Part shown: positions 18,486 through 28,910 of the stretch, one piece after another
Numbering within the stretch: position 1 is the stretch's first letter
Layout: each line of letters starts with the position of its first letter
Assembly (NCBI GenBank): GCA_942492175.1
Contig: CALODR010000009.1
Coordinates: 249,711 to 313,710, forward strand
Length of the DNA: 64,000 bases
Source: an uncultured bacterium
GTDB lineage: Bacteria > Acidobacteriota > Aminicenantia > UBA2199
Direction: 5' to 3'
Made by a program: the position numbers and the translations under genes
The notes under the pieces: model-generated
The model's input: only the letters and a program-made list of their open reading frames with translations
What the model was told of the DNA's origin: nothing
The model's database searches: none

Positions 18486-19664
18486 TTATTTTCCCAATAA
18501 TTTCTCTATCCTTTTTTTGACTGAATTATGGTTACCTGAACCTATTTTAATATAATCTACATTACCTTCTTTGTTAATAAAAATCATAGTCGGGATGCCT
18601 GATATCATGTAGGAATCAAAATCTTTACCTTCATCCGAAATAGCAACAGGGTAATCTATTTTAAATCTGTCTACAAAACCTTTTATCAGTTCGATCTCTC
18701 TTGCACGGTCAATTTTGCCGACATTTTGAACATCGTCCCTGTAAGATCCGTAAAGTTTGGTAAAGCCTATCACTACCAGGCCGTTATCATTGTGTTTTGC
18801 ATATTCTTCAATAAGGCCGGGGATAACATCACGGCAGGGGCTGCACCAGGGTGCCCAGAAATCAATGATGACCACTTTCCCTTTAAGTTTGTCCAGGGAA
18901 AGAGATGTAGAATTCAGCCAGGTTTCAGCACTGATTGAGGGGGCTTTTCTGCCGAGGAACTCGATCTGGGCAAGTTCAGACTCCAGAGATTTTTTTCCTC
19001 TTGGATCAGTTGTAATTGCGATAGCTTCCCGGAGTATCTTTTTTGCTTCCTCGAGGTCATTTTCTTCTTTAGCTATCGAGGCTAAATTTGCATGGAACAT
19101 ATATTTGTAATTTTTAAATTCTTCTGGAAGATCTATTGCGTCGATAAGCTTTTTTGAATATATTTTCCTGACAGAACTGTCAGATGATTCAAATGCAAAA
19201 CTCATTAATACCGAATAGAAATCTTTTCCTCTATGAAGGTCTGTTTTAATCGCAGTAAAAACCTTGTAGGCTTCATCTACGTTTTTCTTTCCAAGAAGTG
19301 ACTGAACTTTAACCATCCTTGCTTCATCTGCTAATTTTCCTTCAGATGCCACTACTTCATCTGTAAGTTTTTCCGCTTCAGCAAAATTGCCTATTTTCAC
19401 AAGCATCTTTGCCTTAAGAATATCTATCCCTTCTGATTTTGCACTATCTTTATATTTTTCCAGTACATCTTCAAGAGCTTTTTTCTTTTCTGCCATAAAT
19501 GCCTGGTACTCTTTGTAAGATTTAATTTCTGATTCCTTTTTCTGGAACTCGGTTTCAAGGGCTGTATAGTCGTTTGTAATGTTCTTCAGATCAGTGCTGG
19601 AATCTCCTCCGCATGAAATTAGAAAAACAAATACAATCAGAATTGCTATGATTTTTTTGTTCAT
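18486..19664 (-). CDS. Lipoprotein with helical/TPR-like region and C-terminal TlpA-type disulfide reductase domain
   Basis: Lipobox LISC; KGKVVIIDFWAPWCSPC; GIPT. Confidence 0.85.
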   Translation of the reverse strand: MNKKIIAILIVFVFLISCGGDSSTDLKNITNDYTALETEFQKKESEIKSYKEYQAFMAEKKKALEDVLEKYKDSAKSEGIDILKAKMLVKIGNFAEAEKLTDEVVASEGKLADEARMVKVQSLLGKKNVDEAYKVFTAIKTDLHRGKDFYSVLMSFAFESSDSSVRKIYSKKLIDAIDLPEEFKNYKYMFHANLASIAKEENDLEEAKKILREAIAITTDPRGKKSLESELAQIEFLGRKAPSISAETWLNSTSLSLDKLKGKVVIIDFWAPWCSPCRDVIPGLIEEYAKHNDNGLVVIGFTKLYGSYRDDVQNVGKIDRAREIELIKGFVDRFKIDYPVAISDEGKDFDSYMISGIPTMIFINKEGNVDYIKIGSGNHNSVKKRIEKLLGK

Positions 19665-19727
19665 TATGATCTCCTTTTATATAACCAATATTATCACAAT
19701 GCAGGCAGAGATTCAAATTTGACAGGT

Positions 19728-20654
19728 TCAGATCCTGAAGTTCAGAACCTTTTCAATTATCTCAAACCTGGCCGGAACTTTACCCCCCAGCTCCCCGTCA
19801 AATTCGAGATTTGTATCTTCTTTTGCAGTAACTTCTATTGTCCTGGCTCTATGAACCTCAACCTTAGGGTGGTTGATGATTGTCCCTTTGTAAAGCAGAG
19901 GAGTGTTTCTTACAATCTCAAGTTTTTTCATATCTTTAACAAGAATCAGATCGAAATATCCGTCATCCACTTCTGCATTCGGAGCTATCATCATTCCGCC
20001 TCCGAAGATCCCTCCGTTGGCAACAGCACCAATAAGATATTTTCCGGATATTTTCTTGTCGCCGTCTATTGTTATATCAACGTTCTTGCTTTTATAATTT
20101 CTGATTGTGGATAATAAGCCTGTGTAGTATGATAAAGGTCCTCTTTTAGATTCAGGTACTTCTGATATTTTTTTTATAACATCTGCACCAAGCCCGAAAT
20201 CGGCAATGTTTATGAAAAATTTCTGTTCATTGTCAGTTCCAGGATAGGTAATTTTTCCGACATCTATTTTTTTTCTCTTGGAATTTTTTATCAATTCTAC
20301 AGATTTCCTGAAATCTCTCGGTATCTTCAGGTATCTGATAAAATCAGAACCGGTACCCGAAGGGATTATCCCGAGTGATGCATTTTCATTTATCACTTTC
20401 TTCGAACTTCTGGAAAAAAATCCGTTGGTGATCTCATTTAGAGTTCCGTCCCCTCCGATCCCGATTATAAGATTGAAACCATCAGACAGGAGCTCTCTTG
20501 CTATATCAGTGGCTTGGTTAGGTTTTTCAGTGAAAATATATTTGAATTCACTGAAATAGTGCTTAATTACAGATTTTATATTTTCCCATCTGTACTCTGT
20601 TTTACCTCTTGCGGAATACGGGTTTACTATTATATGAACTTTTTCCATTTTCAT
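19728..20654 (-). CDS. Diacylglycerol kinase family lipid kinase (YegS/BmrU-like)
   Basis: VNPYSARG, GGDGTLNE, PSGTGSDF, GGGM, DGE. Confidence 0.9.
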   Translation of the reverse strand: MKMEKVHIIVNPYSARGKTEYRWENIKSVIKHYFSEFKYIFTEKPNQATDIARELLSDGFNLIIGIGGDGTLNEITNGFFSRSSKKVINENASLGIIPSGTGSDFIRYLKIPRDFRKSVELIKNSKRKKIDVGKITYPGTDNEQKFFINIADFGLGADVIKKISEVPESKRGPLSYYTGLLSTIRNYKSKNVDITIDGDKKISGKYLIGAVANGGIFGGGMMIAPNAEVDDGYFDLILVKDMKKLEIVRNTPLLYKGTIINHPKVEVHRARTIEVTAKEDTNLEFDGELGGKVPARFEIIEKVLNFRI

Positions 20655-20662
20655 TGAGAATA

Positions 20663-21361
20663 TTAATCAAATATGGTAACTTTGCCTGTGACCTCTGGCG
20701 GAGGTGAATCAGAAAGTATTATCCTTCCGTCTTTTGTCTCATATTTGAATATAGTAGTTTTTGCTTTTGAATACATTATTCCGGAATAAGGGAGTCCCAT
20801 AAATTTTTTTACTTTTCTTATATAATTCTGTGTCTCTTTGTAAGGAGGAACTCCGTTATATTTAATAACCGCCTGTTCACCTGCATTGTATGCAGCGAGA
20901 ACCAATGAAAGCTTCCTGTTATATTTCTCATAAAGATATTTCAAGTGTCTGATCCCGCCGTCAAGGTTCTGATCTGCATCATATCTGTTGGTTACACCGT
21001 AATGTTTTGCAGTATCTTTCATGAGCTGCATGATCCCGACAGCACCTTTCTTTGATTTCGCGAAAGGGTTAAAGCCCGATTCTGCTCTGGCAACTGCCAG
21101 GATAAGGTCTTCTCTCAACTTATATTTTTTAGACAGCTTTGATATTTTATTGCTGTAGAGGCTGGGTACCTGATTTGTTGAGTATGAAGATACAGTAAAT
21201 TTCACAGCACTTGAACTGCTGGCGGGAGAGAAGTTTGATACTGCCGGATTATTAGAGACAATAATCCGTCCATCTGTTGCCTGTTTTACAATTATTTCTC
21301 CCTGAAGATGAAATGGTAGAATTATAGAAAAAATGATAAATAAAAGAATAAAAATTCTCAT
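20663..21361 (-). CDS. Exported lytic transglycosylase (SLT domain)
   Basis: VARAESGFNP (catalytic Glu), GAVGIMQLM, LAAYNAG, PYKETQNY. Confidence 0.92.
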   Translation of the reverse strand: MRIFILLFIIFSIILPFHLQGEIIVKQATDGRIIVSNNPAVSNFSPASSSSAVKFTVSSYSTNQVPSLYSNKISKLSKKYKLREDLILAVARAESGFNPFAKSKKGAVGIMQLMKDTAKHYGVTNRYDADQNLDGGIRHLKYLYEKYNRKLSLVLAAYNAGEQAVIKYNGVPPYKETQNYIRKVKKFMGLPYSGIMYSKAKTTIFKYETKDGRIILSDSPPPEVTGKVTIFD

Positions 21362-23961
21362 TTTTTATTTTTAAGCAGCTTAATAACCTCTTGCTTGAAC
21401 TGTCCGGGATCTTCGATCCTGTCCCCGCCTGCCTGGGCAAAATCGGGTCGACCACCGCCATTTCCCTTAACTATAGAGGCTATCTGCTTTATTAGAGTAC
21501 TAGCATTGACTTTTTTTGTCAAGTTCTTTGGAACAGAGATAACAATTGCAGATTTATCATCATTATTGGTGGAGAGGATCGCAGTATAGTTAAATTTCAT
21601 CTTGATCTCATCCGCTGTTGAACTGAGCATCTTCCTGTCCATACCATCGGAATGATGAATTATAACTGCTGCTCCGTTGACCTCTGTTTTCTTCTCTGCA
21701 ATTGCTCCGATGTCTGATTTTTCAGTCTGTCCGGACTTGCCTTTTTCTTTTTCCGCCTTTTTGCTCTTCTCTTCAAGATCATTCAGATAGCTAAGAAGTC
21801 TATCACCTTTTTGTTTGAACCTGGACTCGATTTTTTCAAGGTTGCTGAATATGGTCTTAAGGTGATCCGCTCCGGCTTTACCTGCCACCGCTTCGATCCG
21901 TCTGATCCCGGAGGCGATCGAAGATTCTGAAATTATCTTAAAAAATCCTATATTACCTGTTCTCAGAAGGTGGGTGCCGCCGCACAATTCACAGGAAAAT
22001 TCCCCAATGGTCAGCATCCGTACCATATCGGAATATTTTTCATCAAATATCGCTATGGCACCACGGCCGAGTGCATCTTCATAAGTGGTTTCGATTGTCT
22101 TTACACTCAGGTTCTCTCTTATTTTTTCGTTAACCAATTCTTCTATCACGCCCAGTTGATCTTTTCCCACTGATTTATAGTGGGTAAAATCAAATCTTAA
22201 TTTATCTGGGCCGACATAGGAGCCGGATTGCTTAACATGGGTTCCCAGAACTTCTCTTAAAGCTGCATGGAGGAGGTGGGTGGAAGTGTGATGAACTGCA
22301 GTGTTCTCTCTTCGAGGTCTGTCAACAGTGACCCTTACAGCATCGCCCTTAACCAGATCTCCTCTTAGGATTTTTATGAAATGGAGATGGCCTCCCGCTG
22401 AATTCTTTCGGGTGTCAGATATTGAGAATAGCGCCTTATCACTTTTTCCCGATCCTGTGTCCCCTGATTGGCCCCCGGATTCCCCGTAAAAAGGGGACTT
22501 TTGAAGGAATATAACAGCTTCATCACCTTCGGTAACCGACGCGGCCTCTTTATTATTTACAAAAATTGAAGTTACAATTGATTCTTCCTCAAAGGATTCA
22601 TATCCTGTAAAAAGTGTTTCTATTCTGTCCATTTTGACGGGGAGGTTAACAGCCCTTTTATCTGACACCCCCTTTCGCGATTTTTCCTGCTGGCCGGCAA
22701 GCTCTTTCCTGAAACCCTCGAGATCTATTTTCATATTCTTCTCAGATGCAAGGTCAACTGAAAAATCAACAGGAAATCCGTAGGTATCGGAGAGCTTGAA
22801 TACTTCAGCGCCTGGGATTGTAGTCTCCCCTTTTTCAATTGAATTCCGGATTAATTCTTCGAATCGTTTTAATCCTGTGAGCAGGGTCCTTTCAAATCTT
22901 TCTTCTTCCGATCTGATAACTTCAGAAATAAATTTTCTGTTCAGTGCCAGCTCAGGATAGGCATTCTCCATTATGTCTATGACGATAGGTGTTATCCGGT
23001 AGAGGAAACTTTTATTAAATCCAATCGAACGGCCATGTCTTGATGCTCTCCTTAGGAGCCGTCTGAGAATATATCCTCTGCCGTCATTTGAGGGGATAAC
23101 TCCGTCGGAGATAAGAAATGTGAGAGCTCTTGAATGGTCTGCAATAACGTTAAGGGCAACTTTAACTTCATCATTATCGGGACTAATTCCGGCCATCTCT
23201 GATGTGAAATCGATGATCGGCCGGAAAAGATCTGTTTCATAATTACTTGAATTACCGTTGATCAGAGCAGTCAGTCTCTCCATACCCATTCCCGTATCGA
23301 TGGAAGGGGAGGGTAAAGGGGTCATAACACCGGATTCATCTTTAAAATACTGCATAAATACGAGGTTCCATATCTCTACAAATCTCTTGTTATCACCTGT
23401 CAGCTCGTCAGGGCCGAACTCTTTTCCTCTATCGTAATGAATTTCCGAACATGGACCGCAGGGGCCGGTATTACCCATTTGCCAGAAATTATCTTTTTCA
23501 CCTAGACGGGCTATCCTGCCTGGCGGAAGCCCTATCTTATCTTCCCAGATCCTGAATGCATCATCATCCTCATGAAAAACCGAGACACTCAGATCTTCAG
23601 GTTTGAATCTGAAGCTTTCTGTCATCAATTCCCATGCAAATTCTATTGCCTTTTCTTTGAAATAATCTCCGAAAGAGAAGTTGCCCAGCATTTCAAAGAA
23701 AGTGTGATGATATTCAGTTCTTCCCACTTCATCAAAATCGTTGTGTTTCCCCGATACCCTCATGCATTTCTGGATAGAGACTGCTCTCGAATAATTTCTC
23801 TTTTCATTCCCGATGAAAACATCTTTGAACTGGTTCATCCCAGCATTTGTGAACAGAATAGTTGGATCTTTAGCCGGGACAAGAGGGGAGGACATCACTT
23901 TGTAGTGATCCTTTTTTCTGAAAAAATCAAAAAAGATATCCCTTATTTCACTGCTTTCCAT
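21358..23961 (-). CDS. alaS: Alanine--tRNA ligase
   Basis: FTNAGMNQFK, HHTFFEMLGNFSFGDYFK, DTGMGMER, editing motifs HTSTH and ELCGGTH, GGGRPDFAQAGG. Confidence 0.98.
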   Translation of the reverse strand: MESSEIRDIFFDFFRKKDHYKVMSSPLVPAKDPTILFTNAGMNQFKDVFIGNEKRNYSRAVSIQKCMRVSGKHNDFDEVGRTEYHHTFFEMLGNFSFGDYFKEKAIEFAWELMTESFRFKPEDLSVSVFHEDDDAFRIWEDKIGLPPGRIARLGEKDNFWQMGNTGPCGPCSEIHYDRGKEFGPDELTGDNKRFVEIWNLVFMQYFKDESGVMTPLPSPSIDTGMGMERLTALINGNSSNYETDLFRPIIDFTSEMAGISPDNDEVKVALNVIADHSRALTFLISDGVIPSNDGRGYILRRLLRRASRHGRSIGFNKSFLYRITPIVIDIMENAYPELALNRKFISEVIRSEEERFERTLLTGLKRFEELIRNSIEKGETTIPGAEVFKLSDTYGFPVDFSVDLASEKNMKIDLEGFRKELAGQQEKSRKGVSDKRAVNLPVKMDRIETLFTGYESFEEESIVTSIFVNNKEAASVTEGDEAVIFLQKSPFYGESGGQSGDTGSGKSDKALFSISDTRKNSAGGHLHFIKILRGDLVKGDAVRVTVDRPRRENTAVHHTSTHLLHAALREVLGTHVKQSGSYVGPDKLRFDFTHYKSVGKDQLGVIEELVNEKIRENLSVKTIETTYEDALGRGAIAIFDEKYSDMVRMLTIGEFSCELCGGTHLLRTGNIGFFKIISESSIASGIRRIEAVAGKAGADHLKTIFSNLEKIESRFKQKGDRLLSYLNDLEEKSKKAEKEKGKSGQTEKSDIGAIAEKKTEVNGAAVIIHHSDGMDRKMLSSTADEIKMKFNYTAILSTNNDDKSAIVISVPKNLTKKVNASTLIKQIASIVKGNGGGRPDFAQAGGDRIEDPGQFKQEVIKLLKNKK

Positions 23962-23966
23962 ATATT

Positions 23967-25148
23967 CTATACATCCAGAAGGTTGTGATCGTTAAAATCT
24001 TTATCTGAAGAATCTCCCCCGTCATTTGAGATATCGGAGATCCTCTGTTCCATCTCTTCAAGAGACATCTCCTTGGTTGACTGGATTCCCGATTTCTTAA
24101 GTTTAAATTCATCTGAATTGGTTGCCCATTTCAATGCTTCCTCATATGTGATCAGGCCACGTTCATAAAGGAAAAAGAGTGACTGGTCGAATGTCTGCAT
24201 TCCGTATTGAGAGATACCCTGTTCAATGGCTTCTCCGATAAGTTTGGTTTTTTCCGGATTTTCAATACAATCCTGTATATATGGGGTATTGATTAAGATC
24301 TCAACAGCAGGTACCCTCCCTTTTTCATCAGCCATGGGGATCAGCCTCATTGATATGATAGCTTTCAAAACAGAAGCAAGCTGGATCCTTATCTGTTTCT
24401 GATGATGAGGCGGAAAGATCGAGATAATTCTGTTGATGGTCTCAGTCGCATCAAGGGTGTGAAGTGTTGACAGAAGCATATGGCCGGTTTCGGCTGCGAG
24501 TAATGCGGTCTCAATTGTTTCCATATCCCTCATCTCACCCACGAGAATAACATCCGGATCTTCCCTGAGAGCACTTCTGAGTGCAGAGGAGAAATTGATG
24601 GTGTCATGCCCGATCTCACGTTGGTTAACAATACTTTTTTTGTCTCTGTGAAGATATTCTATAGGATCTTCAATCGTTATTATGTGTTCGATCCTGTGGA
24701 TATTAATATGATCGATCATGGCAGCAAGGCTGGTTGACTTACCACTACCTGTTGTCCCGGTCACCAGGACCATACCTCTCTTTTCGTCAGCGATTTTCTC
24801 TAGAATTAACGGCAGGTTAAGGTCTGAAATTGATTTGACCTGAGTGGGGATGATCCTCAAGACCAGACCGACCGCTCCGCGCTGCTGAAATACATTGCAC
24901 CTGAACCTTCCGAGTCCGGGGACGGAATAAGCCATATCGAGCTCGTGCTGGGTCTTGAATTTTTCCTTCTGCTCGGGATTCATGATTGAGAACGACATTG
25001 CTATTGTGTCCTCCTGCATCAGTCTTTTAAGTTCGACCATCGGATGCAGTTTCCCGTTGATCCTGAGAATGGGATGGTTCCCGACCTTCAGATGGAGATC
25101 AGATGCGCTTCGTTCAACTGCAATCTTTAACAGATCATCAATATTCAT
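23967..25148 (-). CDS. pilT: PilT/PilU-family type IV pilus retraction ATPase
   Basis: SDLHL, GTTGSGKS, TIEDPIE, ALREDPDVILVGEMRD, AETGH...TLHT, GMQTFDQ. Confidence 0.9.
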   Translation of the reverse strand: MNIDDLLKIAVERSASDLHLKVGNHPILRINGKLHPMVELKRLMQEDTIAMSFSIMNPEQKEKFKTQHELDMAYSVPGLGRFRCNVFQQRGAVGLVLRIIPTQVKSISDLNLPLILEKIADEKRGMVLVTGTTGSGKSTSLAAMIDHINIHRIEHIITIEDPIEYLHRDKKSIVNQREIGHDTINFSSALRSALREDPDVILVGEMRDMETIETALLAAETGHMLLSTLHTLDATETINRIISIFPPHHQKQIRIQLASVLKAIISMRLIPMADEKGRVPAVEILINTPYIQDCIENPEKTKLIGEAIEQGISQYGMQTFDQSLFFLYERGLITYEEALKWATNSDEFKLKKSGIQSTKEMSLEEMEQRISDISNDGGDSSDKDFNDHNLLDV

Positions 25149-25232
25149 ATTAATCTCCTAAATCATCCCTATTATATCCTATTTGGAAAAATAGTAAATA
25201 GAGCTATGATCAGGAGATCAGAGACCCTGATA

Positions 25233-28200
25233 TCAGAAATCGAAACCGATCCAGAATTTCATTCCGTAAAACCTGGCTTCCTTAAGGTTTGTTTTATATA
25301 CCCACTCAAAATGGAGGGGGTAGCCCCACAGATTTATATTTAGACCGAATCCATAAGATGAGAGCGGATCCTTCAACTCTATCCCCTTTGAGAAGAAATC
25401 GAAATTCCTTAATTCATCATAGTAATTCTTCCAATAGGGGTCGGGTCCGTTATAGGCGGGAATGGAACTATCCCAGACTCCACCGAGGTCAAAAAAGAGG
25501 ACTCCCCTGATCGGGCCAATTAAGCCTAACGGGGTTGCCATGTATTTGATCAGAGGAAATCTCAGCTCAGTTGTAAAGGCAAATCCGTCTGTACCGACCA
25601 GAGATCTGAATTGTGCTGCTCTCAAAGTGTTGTTCCCTCCGGTAGCGAAAAGCATGGGGTTGTCTCCTGATGAAGTGAAACCGGTCAATCTCATTGCCAG
25701 CAGGGTGTTGGGAGCCAGTTTGAAATATTTCCTAAGGTCAACATCAATTGCAGTTGAATCGAGAAAATCTTTACTGAGTTTAAAATATTTGCTGAAAGAT
25801 ATTCTGAAAGTGTGTCCCATCAGAGGACCGAAATTTGTAAATCTTGTTGTCTCACCGACCAGAGATAAAGTGGCGGGTAATGCATATCCGTCAAAGGTCT
25901 GATTGTATGGGAGCTCAGTGCCGTACAGTAATTCATCTGTAAGCTCTTTCTGATGATGAATCGAAAGAGAGAACTCTGCTCTGTATGATCTGCTGAATGG
26001 ATAGAAAAAACCGGTTGTCAGCCCTATTCTCTGGCTTACCAGAGTATAGTTCCGTTTATCAAGGTATGCTGTACTGGTTGGATCTATATATCCTCCCCCT
26101 CCGAGGAAGTATGAGTTTGAGTACCAGTATAAACGGGAAAAGAACTGGAGCCTGCTCTTAAGATTTACATAAGTGAGGCCGTACGACCGGTATCCGTAAT
26201 AGGACGAAACGAGAAGAGAAAATGAGTGATCTTTCATAACATCTGTCAACTGTAGAAAAGAATATCCGAAGATCGATCCATCCGAACCAAATCCGGCAGT
26301 AATGGGGGGAAGTGACGGGATGGAGAGATTTTTAAGAGGTTTATACTTTTTTCTGTTTGCAAGATTGAAATTCAGGTCCTCTTCAAGTTCTTTATTGAAA
26401 CTTCTGTTAGCCTTGATCTCTCCGTCAATGAGAGAGAATTTTGTTCCATGGATATTTTCTCTTCCATATTTTTTTATAACTTCTTCTGAAAAACGGATCT
26501 CTTCTTTCCCGTTCTCACCTTTAACCAGTTGAGGTGATTCAAAATTTACTTCTCTCTTTTCTTTGAATTCAGAGATGTCTTTCTTAAGAAGGACAAAAGT
26601 ACCTTTGAGATATGAAGAAACCAGAAGTTTGTTCTCCTCGTTCGGGATCTCCATAGGGAAAAAGATAGCAGTCTGAACATCTGTGTATCTGTAATTAATC
26701 TTCTTCTCAATGTCGGTTGAATAGAGATTGTAAGCACCCTTCTCATCCGAAGTAAAATATACTTTTTTTCCGTCTGATGAAAAAGTGGGCGTTATGTTGT
26801 TTGTGTTGCCGGAGGTGATCTTCATTGCCATTTCCGGATTATCAATACTTCCGATATAGATATGGGAGTATTTCCCGTCACTTGCAGAGAAAACAACTCT
26901 TTTACCATCCGGAGAAAGGTTGAGTGATTTTATATATAAAAAACCCCTGCTTATTCTATCTGTTTTACCTGAAGAGAGGTTGTGTCTGTACATGAATGAT
27001 CTTGAACCGTCTACACCTGTAAAGTATATGTTCTTCCCGTCTTTGGAAAAATCCGGAGATGAAGGTTCCATAATACCATCAAGCTTTATCATTTTTACTA
27101 CTTTGCTTGACAGCACATCAATGATCACGATATAGGATGTGTATTCTTTCCTTGCAAAAAAAGCTATTTTATCCCCTTTCATGTCCCACGTGAATGTACT
27201 TCCATCTTCCGGATTGAAGAGTACGGAGATACCATCATGTTTTGATGTGAAACCCGGTGTAAGAGTTTTAACGGTTGTGCCGTCTTTCATTGAGATAAGA
27301 ATAATATCTATTTTTCTGCTTTTAAAATTAGCTGTTACGGTTGCAGCAAGTTCCCCTCCAGGAGATATCTGATGTGAAAATGAATAGGCAAAGGGGTAAT
27401 TGGGTCCTATTATATAGCTGTAATCTTCTGCACTCTCTTTTGGAATAAAATCTTTGAACCTGTTCTTTACATATTTTCTTAATTCGAAGTTGAATTCATT
27501 TTTTGTAGTTCCGAATTGTCTGAAAATATTCCGGCTGGATCCGTAAATCCTCCCGCGGAAGGAGAATAGAAGATTCCTGACCCCTCTCACACCGTATTTT
27601 GATTCAATGAACTCATAGATGATATGTCCGAAATCGTAAGGTGTTCTGCCGCTTCTGTTTGCCATCATCAAATCTCCGCTTTTGGAAATGGCGGGGAATG
27701 TGTCGTTCAGGGCAGCATCTCTTATGGTAAGAAGACTAAAGGGGTCCCAGTCCCGTGTTATAAACTCGGAAAACCCTTCCATGATCCATAATGGAGGTGA
27801 GCTGAAGCGGAAAAGGCTTTTAGAACTTTTTTTATAAAGAACTGTATATTCAAATACGTGTCCCAACTCATGTATCAATGTTCGCATAAGGTCTTCGGCT
27901 GATGAATCTCCATGAAGTACCATTCTGTTTGTTAACGGTTCAGCAAACGCCTCCGCGCCGGGAGGAAGAAAACCGGGGTAGATATTGGTCTGTTCGAAAT
28001 CTGTATGAGTTCTGTAGAATACCAGGGGGATCCTCTTCTCCACTTCCACATTCAGGTATTTAGACATTTTGTCATAACCGTTCTCTGCTGTAATTGCTAT
28101 TTTTTTCAGGAGTTTCATGTCATCTGTATAGTGATAGACCCTGAAGTTTGGGGTGTCGAAATATTTCCAGTTAAAACTTTTGGTAACTACTTTATTTTTT

Positions 28201-28292
28201 CCGTAATAGTATGCATAAAATTGAGAGAATACCATTGCAGGTAAAACAAATATCAGAACAAATATAATTAATTTATTAAATTTTCTTTCCAT
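25233..28292 (-). CDS. Omp85/BamA-superfamily outer-membrane protein with peptidase-MA-like (HExxH) domain and TolB/WD40-like propeller
   Basis: Signal peptide; LIHELGH plus WIMEGFSEF; repeats such as PDFSKDG, LSPDGK, TFSSDGK; barrel motifs GGNNTLR, ELRFP, FFDLG; terminal IGFDF. Confidence 0.8.
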   Translation of the reverse strand: MERKFNKLIIFVLIFVLPAMVFSQFYAYYYGKNKVVTKSFNWKYFDTPNFRVYHYTDDMKLLKKIAITAENGYDKMSKYLNVEVEKRIPLVFYRTHTDFEQTNIYPGFLPPGAEAFAEPLTNRMVLHGDSSAEDLMRTLIHELGHVFEYTVLYKKSSKSLFRFSSPPLWIMEGFSEFITRDWDPFSLLTIRDAALNDTFPAISKSGDLMMANRSGRTPYDFGHIIYEFIESKYGVRGVRNLLFSFRGRIYGSSRNIFRQFGTTKNEFNFELRKYVKNRFKDFIPKESAEDYSYIIGPNYPFAYSFSHQISPGGELAATVTANFKSRKIDIILISMKDGTTVKTLTPGFTSKHDGISVLFNPEDGSTFTWDMKGDKIAFFARKEYTSYIVIIDVLSSKVVKMIKLDGIMEPSSPDFSKDGKNIYFTGVDGSRSFMYRHNLSSGKTDRISRGFLYIKSLNLSPDGKRVVFSASDGKYSHIYIGSIDNPEMAMKITSGNTNNITPTFSSDGKKVYFTSDEKGAYNLYSTDIEKKINYRYTDVQTAIFFPMEIPNEENKLLVSSYLKGTFVLLKKDISEFKEKREVNFESPQLVKGENGKEEIRFSEEVIKKYGRENIHGTKFSLIDGEIKANRSFNKELEEDLNFNLANRKKYKPLKNLSIPSLPPITAGFGSDGSIFGYSFLQLTDVMKDHSFSLLVSSYYGYRSYGLTYVNLKSRLQFFSRLYWYSNSYFLGGGGYIDPTSTAYLDKRNYTLVSQRIGLTTGFFYPFSRSYRAEFSLSIHHQKELTDELLYGTELPYNQTFDGYALPATLSLVGETTRFTNFGPLMGHTFRISFSKYFKLSKDFLDSTAIDVDLRKYFKLAPNTLLAMRLTGFTSSGDNPMLFATGGNNTLRAAQFRSLVGTDGFAFTTELRFPLIKYMATPLGLIGPIRGVLFFDLGGVWDSSIPAYNGPDPYWKNYYDELRNFDFFSKGIELKDPLSSYGFGLNINLWGYPLHFEWVYKTNLKEARFYGMKFWIGFDF

Positions 28293-28304
28293 TTTTTTTC
28301 CTGT

Positions 28305-28910
28305 TCATTTAATCAGATATCTTACTTCCATTCTTCCAAGACCCATAAAAAGACGTATAAGTTTCTCAGTAATGTTTTTGAAAAGAAACTCAAAGTTATA
28401 ATCGGGTTTGTTCCTGTCGGCGCCATTGAAGGACTCTTTAATTGTTCTGGAAAAAACATCTTTTCCGGTAACTGCATCCTTGAAAAATACATTGAGTGTC
28501 AAGTCCCAGTTCTCGATCTTTACAAAAACTCTCACACCTTTTTTCTCTTTATCATCGTCAATCACATTCCTTTCTTTAATTGTGAGTGAAAGATCACCAC
28601 CGACCAGAAGCAGGTCACCCTCTTTCAGTACAGAAGAGGTTTTGTCTTCGGGTGTATATCTTGAAACCGGTTTTTTCAGTGTTTTAGGCAATTCGTTTAA
28701 GAAGAAATAGTCAATGCTCGGGCCCGGATCATATTCTGACGGAAATTTTTCGACCTTCACCGGAACGTAAGCAATATCTTTATATTTAAGAAAATTGATC
28801 GCATTAACACTCTTTACTGGAATTCTCACCAGATTTACCGGCCTTGTATTGCAGCTGGCGGCGAGGAGGGTAAAGATCAAAGAGAAGACTATTACAAGTG
28901 TTTTTTTCAT
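28305..28910 (-). CDS. Uncharacterised lipoprotein
   Basis: Lipobox LAASC; start overlaps the upstream TPR gene stop. Confidence 0.7.
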   Translation of the reverse strand: MKKTLVIVFSLIFTLLAASCNTRPVNLVRIPVKSVNAINFLKYKDIAYVPVKVEKFPSEYDPGPSIDYFFLNELPKTLKKPVSRYTPEDKTSSVLKEGDLLLVGGDLSLTIKERNVIDDDKEKKGVRVFVKIENWDLTLNVFFKDAVTGKDVFSRTIKESFNGADRNKPDYNFEFLFKNITEKLIRLFMGLGRMEVRYLIK

